IMG/VR virus record: IMGVR_UViG_3300021185_002143
Span: 2,221 to 66,220 of that record
DNA length: 64,000 bases
Source: a virus
Lineage: Duplodnaviria; Caudoviricetes
Strand: one strand, 5' to 3'
Shown here: piece after piece, positions 9,001-17,324 of the stretch
Layout: every line of letters begins with the position of its first letter
Numbering within the stretch: position 1 is the first letter of the stretch
The notes under the pieces: model-generated
Database searches by the model: none
Told to the model about the DNA's origin: nothing
Seen by the model: only the letters and a program-made list of their open reading frames with translations
Position numbers and translations under genes: made by a program

Positions 9001-11960
9001 CTTAGGGCCGATACAACTTTAGCAGTAGGTGGTATACTCTGGTCAAACTCTTGCTCACCTTCGGGGACTTCTACTGGCGCGGGTTCAGGTTCCTGCGTTG
9101 GTGTGTCTTCTACTACCTCGGGTTCCTGCGTTGGTGTGTCTTCTACTACCTCAGGTGCCTGACCTTGCTCTTGAGTAGGTGCCCCAGTTGTCTCAGACCT
9201 AGTCTGAGTATACCTGTCGTAAGCTTCGCGAGCTTGATCAACCTGACCCATAGGCACAGTTAAAATTTGTTCTACAATCTGAGCCGAGGCAGGAGCACCC
9301 TTCTCATTTAAACGTGTAGTGACATCATTGATGAAGCCTTGTTGTATCGCTTGTTCCTCAGCTCTTGCCACCGCATCAGTCGTACCCCTTACGTTTTGGA
9401 TAACACGTGCTCCCGTAGGCATAGCACCACCAAAGAGACCACCAGCTAAGGAAGCCCAACCAGCACCAGTGATCCGATCTAGCATCGGTGTGTCCTGATC
9501 AGTATAGAAGTCCTGTACTATACCATTGATAAACTCGTCGATAAATTCTTCCGCCCCTTCCTGAGAAGCATCTTTAAGAACCTCCCCAATAAACGTATCT
9601 TTTAAGCCATACTTAGAGTTGCCATACACGGATTTTTTAGTGGCTTCTTTTAATACACCAGCAAGGAGCTCGTCCTGCTTGCCAGCATCGGCGACTTGTT
9701 TGCCTCTTGCACTAAGACGAGAAATAACATTAGTGGCTTGCTTCTTAGACATACCAGCTAAGAAAGTTTTCTCAGCACCAGCGGCTCCCATAGCTCCGAA
9801 AGATCCCGTGATCAAAGCAGTAAATGATCCTGCCACAAGACCAGCTCCAACCGCACGGTCATGCTTCTCCTCATGAGACAAACCACTATCTTCTAAAGAG
9901 GAATATGTTGTTGCATATGTCATTCCAGCGGATCTGTTAAAAGCGGGGATCGCCATAGCTGGAATAGTATTAAGCTTACTAGCTTGCAACTTACTGAATT
10001 TATCAATAGCTTCCATGGCACCTTTACGGCTAGAACCCGTGGCAGTGACGAAGCCATCCTTAACTAATCTGTTCAATGCACTCTCCGCGCTTTCTCGGCC
10101 TGTCACCTTAAACGCATTAGTTACGATACCCTTTGCCAATCCTTTTGCCGTTATTTTTGCGCCTGTCTTAGCAGCCAAGTATGCGGCTCCACCAGCTCCC
10201 GCAGAACCAAGAGAAAGCAAACCTGTAATGGCTACGTCTGTGATAACAGGAGCTACCATCTCGGCGATGTCCTGTCCCATACCCATCTCAACCCCAAACA
10301 AACGTGCGGTCTCTCGCCTGTTCTGGTTATCTTTAATCTGATCTATGAGATATCCTTGAGCAGTTTCAGACCCCATAATAGCTGGTAGCGCAGCGATAGC
10401 TGACCCCAACGCATTGGGTATGGACATAGCGACACCACCTACACGAGAAGTGAGTTCACTATAATTATCATCATCCTGTACAAATTCTTCAAGGATAGTT
10501 CCCTTACTTTTACCCTCTGCAAGACCTACTTGCACGGCTTCTTGCCACTCGTCTTGAGTGTTGCCGCCAGACAAAATCTGGTTGTATGTGTCAAAGTTAT
10601 TTTCCAGAGTCAACTTCCTCTGGTTTGTTAGGTTTGTCACCTGATCCTCCGAGAGCTGCGGGTTAGCTTTGATGATCGAGTCAAACATCTGCTTTCGGGG
10701 GATTGCTGCACCGTGTATGACTGGATCTTGGTATCCGTAGTCTTTAAGATTATACTTTAACTTATCGGGCTCATCTTGAAATGCCCACATGTTCTGCTCC
10801 GCAGCAGCCCCAGCCGCAGCCTGCTCGACGACAACCTTGAGATCATCCATGTCGATGACCTCCCCTTTATCTGACACAAGGCCAGTCTGCTCTAGGATAT
10901 AACCTAGGTTCTGCACATTGCTATCGTATACTTTTTTAGCTCGGTCTATCTCTTTCTGATCTCCGCTGGATAAGCTGTCATCGTAAGTAGCTAGTGATTG
11001 AATCGTTGATTTCCAGTATTTGTTAGCCCTGTTATGTGGGTTTGCTTCTACAGTGTTCTGGTAAGGCCCAAAGAAAACTCCTTTTCCGTCCGCGTTGCTG
11101 TGTATAAGACCTGCCAACATACGTCCTTCACGGTCCACCTGCATGGTGCCTAGTGACGGACCCTCTACATCCTCCTTTGTCAACAAGACCGTAAGCTTGT
11201 CAGCAAGGTCTACATACCGACGTTGTTCAGCATAGGTAGTCCCCTTTAGGTTGATGGGGCTGTTAGCCGCCTCAATCTCAATAGCGTCGTTGTAGTCTAT
11301 ACCGAGGTGTTTTGAAGATTCAATGATCTCTTTAGTGCTCATCCCCTTGGCTTGACGGCCAAGCCTTATAACTGAATTTCCTGTAGAGTCATTGACACGA
11401 GCGGCAATTAGGTTTCCTGTATTGACACTATCAATAATAGATTTGTCCCAGTCCTCACTATATGCAACTTCTTCAGCTGCTGATTTTAACTGAGCTCGTT
11501 GTTCAATATATGCTGGGTCTTCGACCATACCCAGCTTTGCGATCGCTTTCTCATTAGCGAGATACGCCGTTGCCTTTTGCCACGCGTCCGTGTCGCTAGA
11601 GTGAGTGCTGGTTACTAGCTGTAGTCTCGTGTCTAGACTTATTTCTTTGGGGGCATATAGATCCCTTACTTGTTCTTTGTCCTGACGATCTAGTAAACCT
11701 TTTGATTCTAGCGCAGACTCATAGTTGTTGCGTAAATCTATTTCCACCGCCGCATTCCACGTATTATCGTCAAGGTGGTGTTTCCTTACGTAATTTGAGT
11801 ACCCTTTTAAATCAGCGGCATCATCCCCTGTGGCGTTTTCTTCTCCCCATTTTGAGAACTTAGAATACGTGGGTGTTGGAATTGCCTGAGTAGTATCATA
11901 GGCGTCGGAATCTTCACTAGCCTCAAGGGGAGTGAGTAGGTATTTGGATAGATCAGTCAT
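1..11960 (-). CDS. Giant (>3,980 aa) virion/ejection-type polyvalent protein, 3' end outside window
   Basis: Starts ATG at 11960 (MTDLSKYLLTPLEASEDS). The same frame is open at every point I translated (~6000, ~5100, ~3400, 1-60). The ORF track lists no long minus-strand ORF here, consistent with no in-frame stop. Motifs: LLEEYLH...NIDEFIAG, IEEELAH...LVEEHLR, GYDAWAKWGF, C-terminal FFVRNAFSN and FAPFIRF. Lies downstream of terminase and small ejection-type genes. Confidence 0.85.
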   Translation of the reverse strand, partial: MTDLSKYLLTPLEASEDSDAYDTTQAIPTPTYSKFSKWGEENATGDDAADLKGYSNYVRKHHLDDNTWNAAVEIDLRNNYESALESKGLLDRQDKEQVRDLYAPKEISLDTRLQLVTSTHSSDTDAWQKATAYLANEKAIAKLGMVEDPAYIEQRAQLKSAAEEVAYSEDWDKSIIDSVNTGNLIAARVNDSTGNSVIRLGRQAKGMSTKEIIESSKHLGIDYNDAIEIEAANSPINLKGTTYAEQRRYVDLADKLTVLLTKEDVEGPSLGTMQVDREGRMLAGLIHSNADGKGVFFGPYQNTVEANPHNRANKYWKSTIQSLATYDDSLSSGDQKEIDRAKKVYDSNVQNLGYILEQTGLVSDKGEVIDMDDLKVVVEQAAAGAAAEQNMWAFQDEPDKLKYNLKDYGYQDPVIHGAAIPRKQMFDSIIKANPQLSEDQVTNLTNQRKLTLENNFDTYNQILSGGNTQDEWQEAVQVGLAEGKSKGTILEEFVQDDDNYSELTSRVGGVAMSIPNALGSAIAALPAIMGSETAQGYLIDQIKDNQNRRETARLFGVEMGMGQDIAEMVAPVITDVAITGLLSLGSAGAGGAAYLAAKTGAKITAKGLAKGIVTNAFKVTGRESAESALNRLVKDGFVTATGSSRKGAMEAIDKFSKLQASKLNTIPAMAIPAFNRSAGMTYATTYSSLEDSGLSHEEKHDRAVGAGLVAGSFTALITGSFGAMGAAGAEKTFLAGMSKKQATNVISRLSARGKQVADAGKQDELLAGVLKEATKKSVYGNSKYGLKDTFIGEVLKDASQEGAEEFIDEFINGIVQDFYTDQDTPMLDRITGAGWASLAGGLFGGAMPTGARVIQNVRGTTDAVARAEEQAIQQGFINDVTTRLNEKGAPASAQIVEQILTVPMGQVDQAREAYDRYTQTRSETTGAPTQEQGQAPEVVEDTPTQEPEVVEDTPTQEPEPAPVEVPEGEQEFDQSIPPTAKVVSALSEGDSVLLPSGNVATVVAIKEDVKVRDKTYSRVVGLSNGVVIPSEDGSDTLNTIVFPQEATTEQDADPIEVDSETVAPLEIGVVEPSVEKSEPFIRQRVAKLIRQNGVVEAGFVAQEIEAITDGKISESDAAVTISENYVLDRENNIVGVIDPDTNEQVGVDQDTQDVFTIMEELDERTPEDWERASREAIAEENFERESAKAPIQLELDFTQESDSILDLDVDTSTISPASLDILSPPPTPREVSNLQATGINPDEVTQARSEESYKRVLEEDISEPVLQEEADEVMELSEEIEELVGLGDPNNNAPKIQRLIDLGYPVRINSNRSYGLVLGGGNRHNYSRISDYIAVQVYENSPWIEVAEPVGGRTITTKDTKAATWYHPVEKKSIRRIHRAYVDADGKGVFDNNPLTMALLEEAEIPFSIPLDMDPSDVNEAFEVDYKEGRRVTMIRKPDVLEAMQISTKSKAKKSRDTIEDTSTLEKYMTASYIFSETKVGELAVDVASIPSGPSTMRVIQEGETVSVSEVIESTDSYVSSSLNSSTQGSFFNLMTPRGRVLDENYLSLGSLSVQAEMRYYASTRAVRIEMLRGDSNTSVLPYVQQNKEGKYELNQKNELAARTKILQAFMEFTDLPKNAAGQKRLAKQVAPMLSISRVSDNSLETISNYVLDEILNNQQTSGKMPIVEDVAKLVSTRMGVQQLYDANKRRKNSIQIVEIDAASDGNAGAINFDREVVANYERARIDDLAPNRTDTYMTYDQVATHLENLDKNKAVRAELENLLLNSVFSGTTADRKFVKKASSPKLAVMLQDWLAQGNQNQKVKSFKERLASMQNEDSTQQDPDILRLQNALKVLNVNTASVDGNMSQDSGYKDSFQKNIKNGADAGAFAKENTRVRRSRMAKSRVSQAGQAMARELNRAEANRLGLVSGNPESVINALQNIAKNKSNKQHALVAELLLENPAFIRSVDFDITELNLSKYAGLYTKYTDGSHGVTLNLNGHNGKGLTNVLLEEYLHATLSDAFAKPKDSLSTKQQEAMSRLENLMGEIRQAATDNGYAANSPIMDSLGNIDEFIAGVMLSNELQQEILALGKSKNAKKSFFKRIGDAILRFFERGVTSAEAAEYSDAIVDVITVKAGAGVEASAKTAAKRIAKAAMVRMDRNNMMLRAIGFNNMRGYEDRAQTQRDEDKPLNEREQQALNSSLEQNQLDNEAEVEALIDNLDELDVPDDSLSLTEAQKKLRVIVQHMRNLIPPEVNLAFDTESSGPAKMQGGMVYLNPENIFQLTKDMDVVSSRLLMSAVIEEELAHVASYNAIPQSEIDQLASTLNSREFDRIIDNYFTTNQAKRDDAKALLATEITSDMTPEEKAALEQDILETKRMLVEEHLRSVGQRITRGYTTEEDHAFYKTNPSMMKILFRYVSGLFKRVAAARAMGSIDNKYLSSSINRLVDELRAIKRGYRLAPTHLNFDPNNPDNSFETLAAILNDKMVSDPEDFVAELRAVEGLNALPDIIPKQKIEFVRDLTGGLVDYPEKEEVDSSPQTTTDIRKTLRTSLQARHRRVTDARRSIAEEAYENALKQIPRETDEVPEEFYEAVLDDVRALVEDTMLSGSDISPLTTSENIINTPDVDQQRGILAEYIEGFNHELMNPNTMNLKLGLSALEALDADLYEGLAADFGTSPELTKALDDTFALYIRSLRDIQQAKGSSEVAADDSLLARLNNEVSSGEVTYQAVGTTDVSKLRQALSELEGAGYMEIITDELSLPTSPTMEVAIGEIGSRSLVDFSIDSDGSISVGSMSPITLDDEFFMLGDRVSKGELTNEEADVLSAKIEQLKSEGGRVTPVPNTVPLMVQLIAANGEINAPAIKTQGSGSGQIVNMSRARRNVLTTAVKKAEGMGANKKAKMIQDLQSSGAMTKGYDAWAKWGFENTDKDLSDFKVRLESQLPIHIHNEFSEWLATAAPEEYVRAMVDVVDAQTFNNKDVVMKVGKNLEYSFALLGNVRKVHDNADADVVAYIEDNFKRIQKYHKTQIAELQKMATTSKKTWSVRKVVQSTGGLGLWRNYGWDQQFVFDLGVGSDAMKQFNVKYKPVARRALRSSLEAGSSVEADSINMAGFIKTLEMPVYTTGDYNAPRKWYQRLFRGEVDPRITDLHKNRLAFLRASDLIVTKYKRKMDKLVKKAFNGEPNDYQKEMLEKAMGDAKGIVLTSDTLEAIDTVHEAELKAIRDNKDLTNEQAEAAEEASKLRKRQAVQSEEIIARDEILRTKDEKMAELELLSPELAQHIRDVRKELIQPLSTYIKDNFGLNEELQARLDMNMDFYITRSYRMFTDSNYASKVKKDSAYHEVREAAKKYFEKQYVKDKTAQLVKEKDLTETEAKAQAEAKLRTADDSGHPKGQRMLDEFLESYQPHSMSSLAKNHSESHRIMIDNLKQKKDLDISLRNLLGEYGQDGTVDNLLRTFSTVAKMSANQSFINNVAEMGKAEGFLITQEEREADMDQYELWVPMRNTNETSDGDPLAGFYGPPELRDGFDKTFDRTELRAAQTKSEEVIASFGMFSRAVTGLSMASKTLGSVGFFVRNAFSNMAFFGPSQGYYKAVVDVPWIMMQRAGVKAKGAIRGEQIEEAMIEYTSLGIIGDEVRGQMMLDLMRGKTTPDILMEEQMGVLSKIKKGTKPAKYLYEKAAELASAIDAFYKIGYFEHELKILRKASGEPDSTIPTDEYQLKRMAAKKVKMTAQSHSEAPPFITGLSQSNFAMLFAPFIRFKAEVPRIVMNTYRLSFEEMRSGNKVLRRRGQNRFASMSMMLGVWSTTVPAVLQHIAGIGEEEDESMRAGIPSYLRGHSFWFFRDKETDELTSLDLTFSNPYSLLGDPALRMIEDVRRGEYASGAGKLITGFLTDQYLDPQILASSLIDISENRNSSNDNPIVETRTDDSLTKMTKRMAYVLKEAYGPDIYKRFKKLYESKDVDPTLLRKEDMPLQIMIDQFKPFKAHTVDVEQQYRRYLYELREEY
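9088..9153. repeat. 33-bp tandem duplication inside giant ORF (PEVVEDTPTQE x2 linker)
   Basis: ggttcctgcgttggtgtgtcttctactacctc at 9088 and again at 9121. Confidence 0.9.
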
Positions 11961-11983
11961 AGCTGAATTTTATGTGGTGGGGA

Positions 11984-13024
11984 TTATTCTAAATCCCACT
12001 GTGTGTTTGTTGGTGGTGGTGAAGTTTGGTTTTCGTTTGATTGTTGTCTGATGGGCTTGAATTGGCTGTTTTCAATGTCCATCTCCATAGCATAGGCTGC
12101 ATCATACAATTCGTCTTGTAAGTCATCGTCAGCTAACTTTAGTTCTCTTACATCTTTAAGAGACTGTTTCGTGATGCGAGCGTATATACGCTCGAGTTTC
12201 TTACGAGATTGGGGCTTGAGGACAGATGGTCCACCAGTATCGCTCGGCTCCTTCATCATAAACTGTTGAGTTTCTGGGTCAAATGCCAAGCCTCCCTTAT
12301 CATCACCCGTGTAAGACAAAGAGTCGAGTGCGGAAAATGCGGATTTAACAATCGCATTGTTCTTCGCGATGAAATCAGTTCTAGCTTTAGCACCAGCCTG
12401 TTGACTAATCTTATCCTGTCCTGATCGACGCGCATATTGGGCGAAGTCTAGAGCAGATTGCTCGTCTTCGGTTCTGACACCATCCGCGTCAATCATAGCG
12501 GTAACCTCATCCACGCCCCCTGATTCAGCATATGGTTTTAGTCTGCTCATATACTTACCGCGCTCTTCTTTTTCTTTGTTTTCTATCTTAATCCTTTCCT
12601 TTTCCTGCAACTCAAGACTCTTATAGGCGGTGCCAATTATCGAAGACCCTAAACCTGAGTTAGCTAGATACGGATTCTTGAGCTGTAGCTCGGTGAGGGC
12701 TTTGGCTTTTGATCCGCTATCCCCCTCGGCATCATTAATGTCATTAATCTGACTTACAAGATTCGGGATACGTGATTCAAGATCGCGTTCTCGGGCTGCT
12801 TTATCCTTTGAATTTTTAAGATCTGCTAATGTAGCCTCATACCGAAGATCACTATTCCTGATAGAAGCTAATTGAGATTGAATGGTCAACATGTCCTTCA
12901 TGTCTTTTGTGTCTGGACCATACTTTTTAGCAAGGTACGAGCCTTCACGACTCGATAACCCAGACTTGAAAAAGCTCCCGCGCATGGGAGCTATGTCACC
13001 TTCAAATGAAAAACCTTGTGGCAT
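11984..13024 (-). CDS. Probable internal virion (ejection) protein
   Basis: 346 aa, charged and helical, directly upstream of the giant virion ORF; call is positional. Confidence 0.5.
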   Translation of the reverse strand: MPQGFSFEGDIAPMRGSFFKSGLSSREGSYLAKKYGPDTKDMKDMLTIQSQLASIRNSDLRYEATLADLKNSKDKAARERDLESRIPNLVSQINDINDAEGDSGSKAKALTELQLKNPYLANSGLGSSIIGTAYKSLELQEKERIKIENKEKEERGKYMSRLKPYAESGGVDEVTAMIDADGVRTEDEQSALDFAQYARRSGQDKISQQAGAKARTDFIAKNNAIVKSAFSALDSLSYTGDDKGGLAFDPETQQFMMKEPSDTGGPSVLKPQSRKKLERIYARITKQSLKDVRELKLADDDLQDELYDAAYAMEMDIENSQFKPIRQQSNENQTSPPPTNTQWDLE

Positions 13025-13026
13025 AA

Positions 13027-13434
13027 TTAATATCTAGTTTCTTGTCCTCGTCGCACCTCATCTGGTTCAGTAATCCCATCTCCATCACGCCTTGTTCTGT
13101 TACGCATGAACTCATCTATCATGTCCTGCATTTGTTGCCCATAATCTATTTCACCTCCTTTTGCTCTCTCCTGAGCGTCCACGAATGCTTGCGATTTTAC
13201 TGTTGGCTCACCCGCTATTTTTTCAGCAGCTGCTCTACGCCTTAGCATACGGGCTCCTTCCTTATCTCCAGCACGTCCTAGCTTGCGAGCCTCCAACAGC
13301 ATACGACCAGCTTCGGACATGATTTGTCGAGATGGTGCATCGAGCCCTGTGATGCGGAGAGCTTTAGGCCGTGCGGCTGCTTTCTGCTTGATGGAAAGCT
13401 TCGGTTTGTTCTTCTCGTCTTTGTAATATTTCAT
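13027..13434 (-). CDS. Basic hypothetical protein, probably virion-associated
   Basis: 135 aa K/R/A-rich ORF, co-oriented in the operon. Confidence 0.45.
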   Translation of the reverse strand: MKYYKDEKNKPKLSIKQKAAARPKALRITGLDAPSRQIMSEAGRMLLEARKLGRAGDKEGARMLRRRAAAEKIAGEPTVKSQAFVDAQERAKGGEIDYGQQMQDMIDEFMRNRTRRDGDGITEPDEVRRGQETRY

Positions 13435-13456
13435 GCGTGAGATTAGATGTTTACCA

Positions 13457-14509
13457 TTACGATCTGTTGCGTCGTCTCTCCTCTTTATCTAGGTCAGCTT
13501 GGCTTGTCCTGATGTTGCTCCCTGTTCTGTTTCGCTGTAACCCCCCAGAAGCACCCTGTGTTGTCGCTCTGTTACTCCTCTGAGAGTCTACTGTGTCTAA
13601 AAACTTCCCCATATTTGCACGTCTGTAATCACGCTCTGCTTGCTTATCTAGTTGCTTGTTTGCATAAGAGTCAATTTGATCACTACTAAGACCCATGTCT
13701 TTACCCATAGCGTAGAAATTGGCTTTGTCTTCGGAAGACGCCGTGGCTGGGTTGTAGTTAGCGGCGTTCAGTTGGGACGCAAAATCTTTTCTTTTATCAG
13801 TTCTTGCCTGATTAGCGATCTTGTTCTGGTTCATGTTGAACGCTCTTTCCGCAGCGGCTAGATTTTGAGGATTATAGTCTCGGACGTAATCACCTTGATT
13901 ATTCTTAGTGACTAGTTCACTGGGGTCAAACTTAGGCTGTTTCTTCTCTAAAAAATTATCAGCTTTGGGTGTCGCCGCAGGTTGAAACTTACCTTCTCGA
14001 CTTGTAGCCATCACATCATCTACTACGCCAGCGAGATCCACGGGTTCGCTAGCAATCGCTGAAAGTTGGTTTCCTTTGAGTATACCCTCTGGCGTTGTTG
14101 GCGTTGGTGCAGATCCAAATGGCACGGCTGCTCCAAGGGAAGGTGCTTTTGGACCACGAGCCATGTCCATTAACTGCTTACTCTTACCGAGACCTTCGTA
14201 TGCGCTGAGAGAATCTTGCACTGAATTAAACAAGGATGAACCACCGCCCGCTCTGTTTTTTTCCACTACGGCATTATTATCGTATTGTCTAAGCTGCTCA
14301 TCACGAGCTGCTTGGTCTGCACGACGACTCCTAGCTTGTCCCTCAGGCCCACTAAAAAATGACTCGGCTTCCTTGCCTAGATTCTTGAACATCCCTTGGA
14401 GACTGGCGGATTGCCCCCTTTTGATTTGCTCACGTTTTAAGCTCTCTGACAATTCATCCGCAAATTCTGCAAATGTCTTAACTCTTTTATCTTTGTCTTT
14501 GTCGGCCAT
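13457..14509 (-). CDS. Probable internal virion protein
   Basis: 350 aa, Q/A/K-rich, low hydrophobicity; promoter-like sequence upstream. Confidence 0.45.
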   Translation of the reverse strand: MADKDKDKRVKTFAEFADELSESLKREQIKRGQSASLQGMFKNLGKEAESFFSGPEGQARSRRADQAARDEQLRQYDNNAVVEKNRAGGGSSLFNSVQDSLSAYEGLGKSKQLMDMARGPKAPSLGAAVPFGSAPTPTTPEGILKGNQLSAIASEPVDLAGVVDDVMATSREGKFQPAATPKADNFLEKKQPKFDPSELVTKNNQGDYVRDYNPQNLAAAERAFNMNQNKIANQARTDKRKDFASQLNAANYNPATASSEDKANFYAMGKDMGLSSDQIDSYANKQLDKQAERDYRRANMGKFLDTVDSQRSNRATTQGASGGLQRNRTGSNIRTSQADLDKEERRRNRS

Positions 14510-14532
14510 ATATTAAGTAGGATGTACGTTTT

Positions 14533-14560
14533 AGTATATACATTGTGCCTCCGAACTCAA
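14533..14560 (-). promoter_or_regulatory. sigma70-like promoter TTGAGT-N16-TATACT
   Basis: Intergenic, upstream of the 14509 start. Confidence 0.5.
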
Positions 14561-14568
14561 GGGTAAAT

Positions 14569-16347
14569 TCAAGGTAAGTAAGCGGCGTCGTTCTGCAGTG
14601 CGGCTTTTAGGTGCTTCATCGACTTAGGTGGTTTCCTATAAGCCTGATTTGGATCTTCCTCACGTGGCTCCATAGCGATCAATCCGTGCCTCTGGCGAGC
14701 ACAGTCAAGGGCTAGAAACGCCGCATCTGCAAGGTCGGGAGACTGTCCGAGCCTCTGCTTAAACTCTGGCTTGGACTCAATCCTAACCTTTAGTGAGCCA
14801 GTCTTTACTAGCTCATAGTTCCGACCGACAATTTCCTGAGCTAAATCAGAGTCCACACCAAAAATTTGTCTGGTCCTCATGAGCTCCTTGCCCACAAACC
14901 ACAGCTCTGACACTCGGTTGGTATATAGCTCCAGTCCCGTAAGCTGGCTATTCACTGAGACACGCTTATCTGAGGGTCTGCCACCAAAGGTAACACGTAA
15001 GAATCTAGCCGACCACTCTCCTGCCAATACGTCACAGAAAGATGAACCTGCACCAGTTGCGTCCACCGCTAGATCATCGGGGGCTACACCCTCCTTCTTA
15101 CAAATCTTCTTAATCTGCTCGACCAGCTGATATGTCCGTGGCACCGCCTTGTTGGTCGCATCATCATTAAGCTGGTAGCTCTTACCTAGCTCAAAGACAA
15201 ACTGACCTGTATCGTCGGTACCTACCTGACCTACATACAGCACGGTCCTGTCACCGCCATTAGTAAAGGCAGGGTCGAGACCAGCTACCTTGGTAGGTGA
15301 TGATGCCCATCGAACCTTATTCATGCACCCGCTCTTGGTTATCTCATTCTCGCTGTAGATACCTTCGTCCTCATCTGAGTCAAAGAATACAGCTCGCACC
15401 ATTCGCATATAACCACGGGAGCTAGTTCCCAGTAGCTCACGCTTCTCCGCGATCTGATCGGCACGTGGTAAGTATGGGTAGATTGTCTCACCTGCTAAGA
15501 TGTTTGGACTACGCTCACCATCCAGTCGTATGTATTTACCACCCCATTTGGTACGCCAGCCGTCATCGACGTTGGTATCTACCGAATCCCAGCCATCCTC
15601 TGGCTCAGACCACACGCCAAACGCATCGAACTTCGAGCTCGGGTTGGACATACCGATCATGCGGAACTCGGGGTTTGATGACAAGTTGGTCAGACCAGCG
15701 TGGACCACAGCCTCAGATATCTCAGATAGCTCGTCACCTATAACAATAACCCGCCTGTTCTTAATACCGATAAACTTACCTACTGCCTCACGAGTCCTGC
15801 TCTTCTCCGCTGCAATAAGCGAAAGACCAGACTTCTCTAGGAGTGTGCCGTGCTCGTTTACGTAAGCTACGTTACCTATGGAATCCCGAATCCTGAAAGG
15901 CATATCATCTATCACTGCCAGTAAGCTGATAATAGAACCCCAGATCCGCTTACGTGCTTCACGCAACGTGGTTGAAGTAATCAGGACTAAGGTATCCTTA
16001 GGCTGGGATAGACAGTTGATGATAGCGTAGGCCGCCATCGTGTGTGACTTGGATGAGGATGCAGCACCACCAACAGCAACAAACTTATTCTCAAGGCAGC
16101 TTCGGATGATTATCTTAGCCCATGGGTTTGGTTGCATCAGGGGCTCAGGTAGATCTGGCCTATTCCACAGCACATCACAGGCTCTCCAGAAGTAATACTC
16201 CTTCGCCTTCATCAAGTCGTGGTTAGCAAAACCAAACAGTAAGGCAGTTAGCAAACTAGTTGGTGGTATCTCCATGCCACCCACATCCATCTTGGTGCTA
16301 GACGGCTTAATGAACGGCTCGTATTTGCTGTCTAATTTAATCTCCAT
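14569..16347 (-). CDS. terL: Terminase large subunit
   Basis: Walker A-like GGAASSSKS, Walker B VIGDE, coupling motif GMSNP, RNase H-like nuclease motifs GLDPAF..GGD, AVDATG, SPDLADA; likely start MEIKLDS at 16347. Confidence 0.88.
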   Translation of the reverse strand: MEIKLDSKYEPFIKPSSTKMDVGGMEIPPTSLLTALLFGFANHDLMKAKEYYFWRACDVLWNRPDLPEPLMQPNPWAKIIIRSCLENKFVAVGGAASSSKSHTMAAYAIINCLSQPKDTLVLITSTTLREARKRIWGSIISLLAVIDDMPFRIRDSIGNVAYVNEHGTLLEKSGLSLIAAEKSRTREAVGKFIGIKNRRVIVIGDELSEISEAVVHAGLTNLSSNPEFRMIGMSNPSSKFDAFGVWSEPEDGWDSVDTNVDDGWRTKWGGKYIRLDGERSPNILAGETIYPYLPRADQIAEKRELLGTSSRGYMRMVRAVFFDSDEDEGIYSENEITKSGCMNKVRWASSPTKVAGLDPAFTNGGDRTVLYVGQVGTDDTGQFVFELGKSYQLNDDATNKAVPRTYQLVEQIKKICKKEGVAPDDLAVDATGAGSSFCDVLAGEWSARFLRVTFGGRPSDKRVSVNSQLTGLELYTNRVSELWFVGKELMRTRQIFGVDSDLAQEIVGRNYELVKTGSLKVRIESKPEFKQRLGQSPDLADAAFLALDCARQRHGLIAMEPREEDPNQAYRKPPKSMKHLKAALQNDAAYLP

Positions 16348-16353
16348 TAATGA

Positions 16354-16389
16354 TTGAATACATTGTAAATACAAACTATACTCCAACAC
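16354..16389 (+). promoter_or_regulatory. sigma70-like promoter TTGAAT-N17-TATACT, 7 nt before ATG (leaderless)
   Basis: Read directly; ATG at 16390. Confidence 0.6.
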
Positions 16390-17067
16390 ATGGCGAAGGA
16401 CAACCCTGAAGACAAAAAAAATAAAGGCCCCGAGCCGCTACCTTTGCACAAGAAAAAGGTCACAAATCCTTTTGGCCAGAATGGAAAGAAGCGCCGCCTG
16501 TTTAACAAGGCGATGGAAATGTATGAGCAACAATACACGTTCTCTGCCATTGCCAAGGAGTGCGGAGTCCACGTTAGCACACTGCGTAGATGGTTCAGGG
16601 ATGCGGGTGCACCACCGAAGAAAAGCAAGTGGGAACAAAACCCCACCCCTTGGAAAGAAGGAGACGATCCCAAGCCAGAGTCAATCTTTGACGGCACAGA
16701 GGAGCATAAAGTAAAACACGCTGTAGATGCAGCGGCAGAACAGGCACACGTAGCCGAGAAAGGTAGGATCAACGAGATCGCTGAAGCTCAGGGTAGCCCA
16801 GCAGAACAATACCAAAGCTACATGGCGAGCCAAGCGGTTCGCTTAATGCGAGATGGCATGGCTCAGATGAGGCCGCCCAGCAATGTCCGAGAAGTAGAGG
16901 TGCTTGATAAGATAGCACGACGCCACTTCGGACTAGATGAAAAACAAAAAGGTGGGGCTAATAGCCTCAGCATAGATATTAACATTCTCAACGATGCCGC
17001 AGCAGCTGCCAGAAAAAGGCCAACCAAGGTTGTCGATGTAGACCCAGAACCAAACAACCAAGACTAA
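16390..17067 (+). CDS. HTH DNA-binding protein, candidate terminase small subunit
   Basis: HTH motif FSAIAKECGVHVSTLRRW, helical middle, C-terminal IDINIL..VVDV tail as in many TerS; adjacent to but divergent from terL. Confidence 0.55.
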   Translation: MAKDNPEDKKNKGPEPLPLHKKKVTNPFGQNGKKRRLFNKAMEMYEQQYTFSAIAKECGVHVSTLRRWFRDAGAPPKKSKWEQNPTPWKEGDDPKPESIFDGTEEHKVKHAVDAAAEQAHVAEKGRINEIAEAQGSPAEQYQSYMASQAVRLMRDGMAQMRPPSNVREVEVLDKIARRHFGLDEKQKGGANSLSIDINILNDAAAAARKRPTKVVDVDPEPNNQD

Positions 17068-17324
17068 TGAAATTTTTCGCTGAACGCAGCCACGAGCCTG
17101 ACCCGTTCGTTATCAAAGGGAGTGTACGCTCCAGTGTCGATTACTTCTATTCCGCAAAACAAATCACAGGTGACTTTGTCAGAGTGATTCCGAACAGCTG
17201 GAAAGAAATATCATTTATACAAAGCCTTGAGAAAGGATACAACTTGTTCGCCCCATGGCATGGAGATGGTGTGTTAGTCCGAGCAGACTTCCTCCCACCT
17301 GTCCATGATCGTAGGCGTCGATAA
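17067..17324 (+). CDS. Hypothetical protein
   Basis: 85 aa, stop/start coupled to the upstream gene. Confidence 0.6.
   Translation: MKFFAERSHEPDPFVIKGSVRSSVDYFYSAKQITGDFVRVIPNSWKEISFIQSLEKGYNLFAPWHGDGVLVRADFLPPVHDRRRR

Noticed and set aside
226-10341. Plus-strand and short minus-strand ORFs listed in the track across 1-11960
   Set aside because: They are antisense or out-of-frame shadows of the giant minus-strand ORF (Ser/Leu-rich, no motifs).
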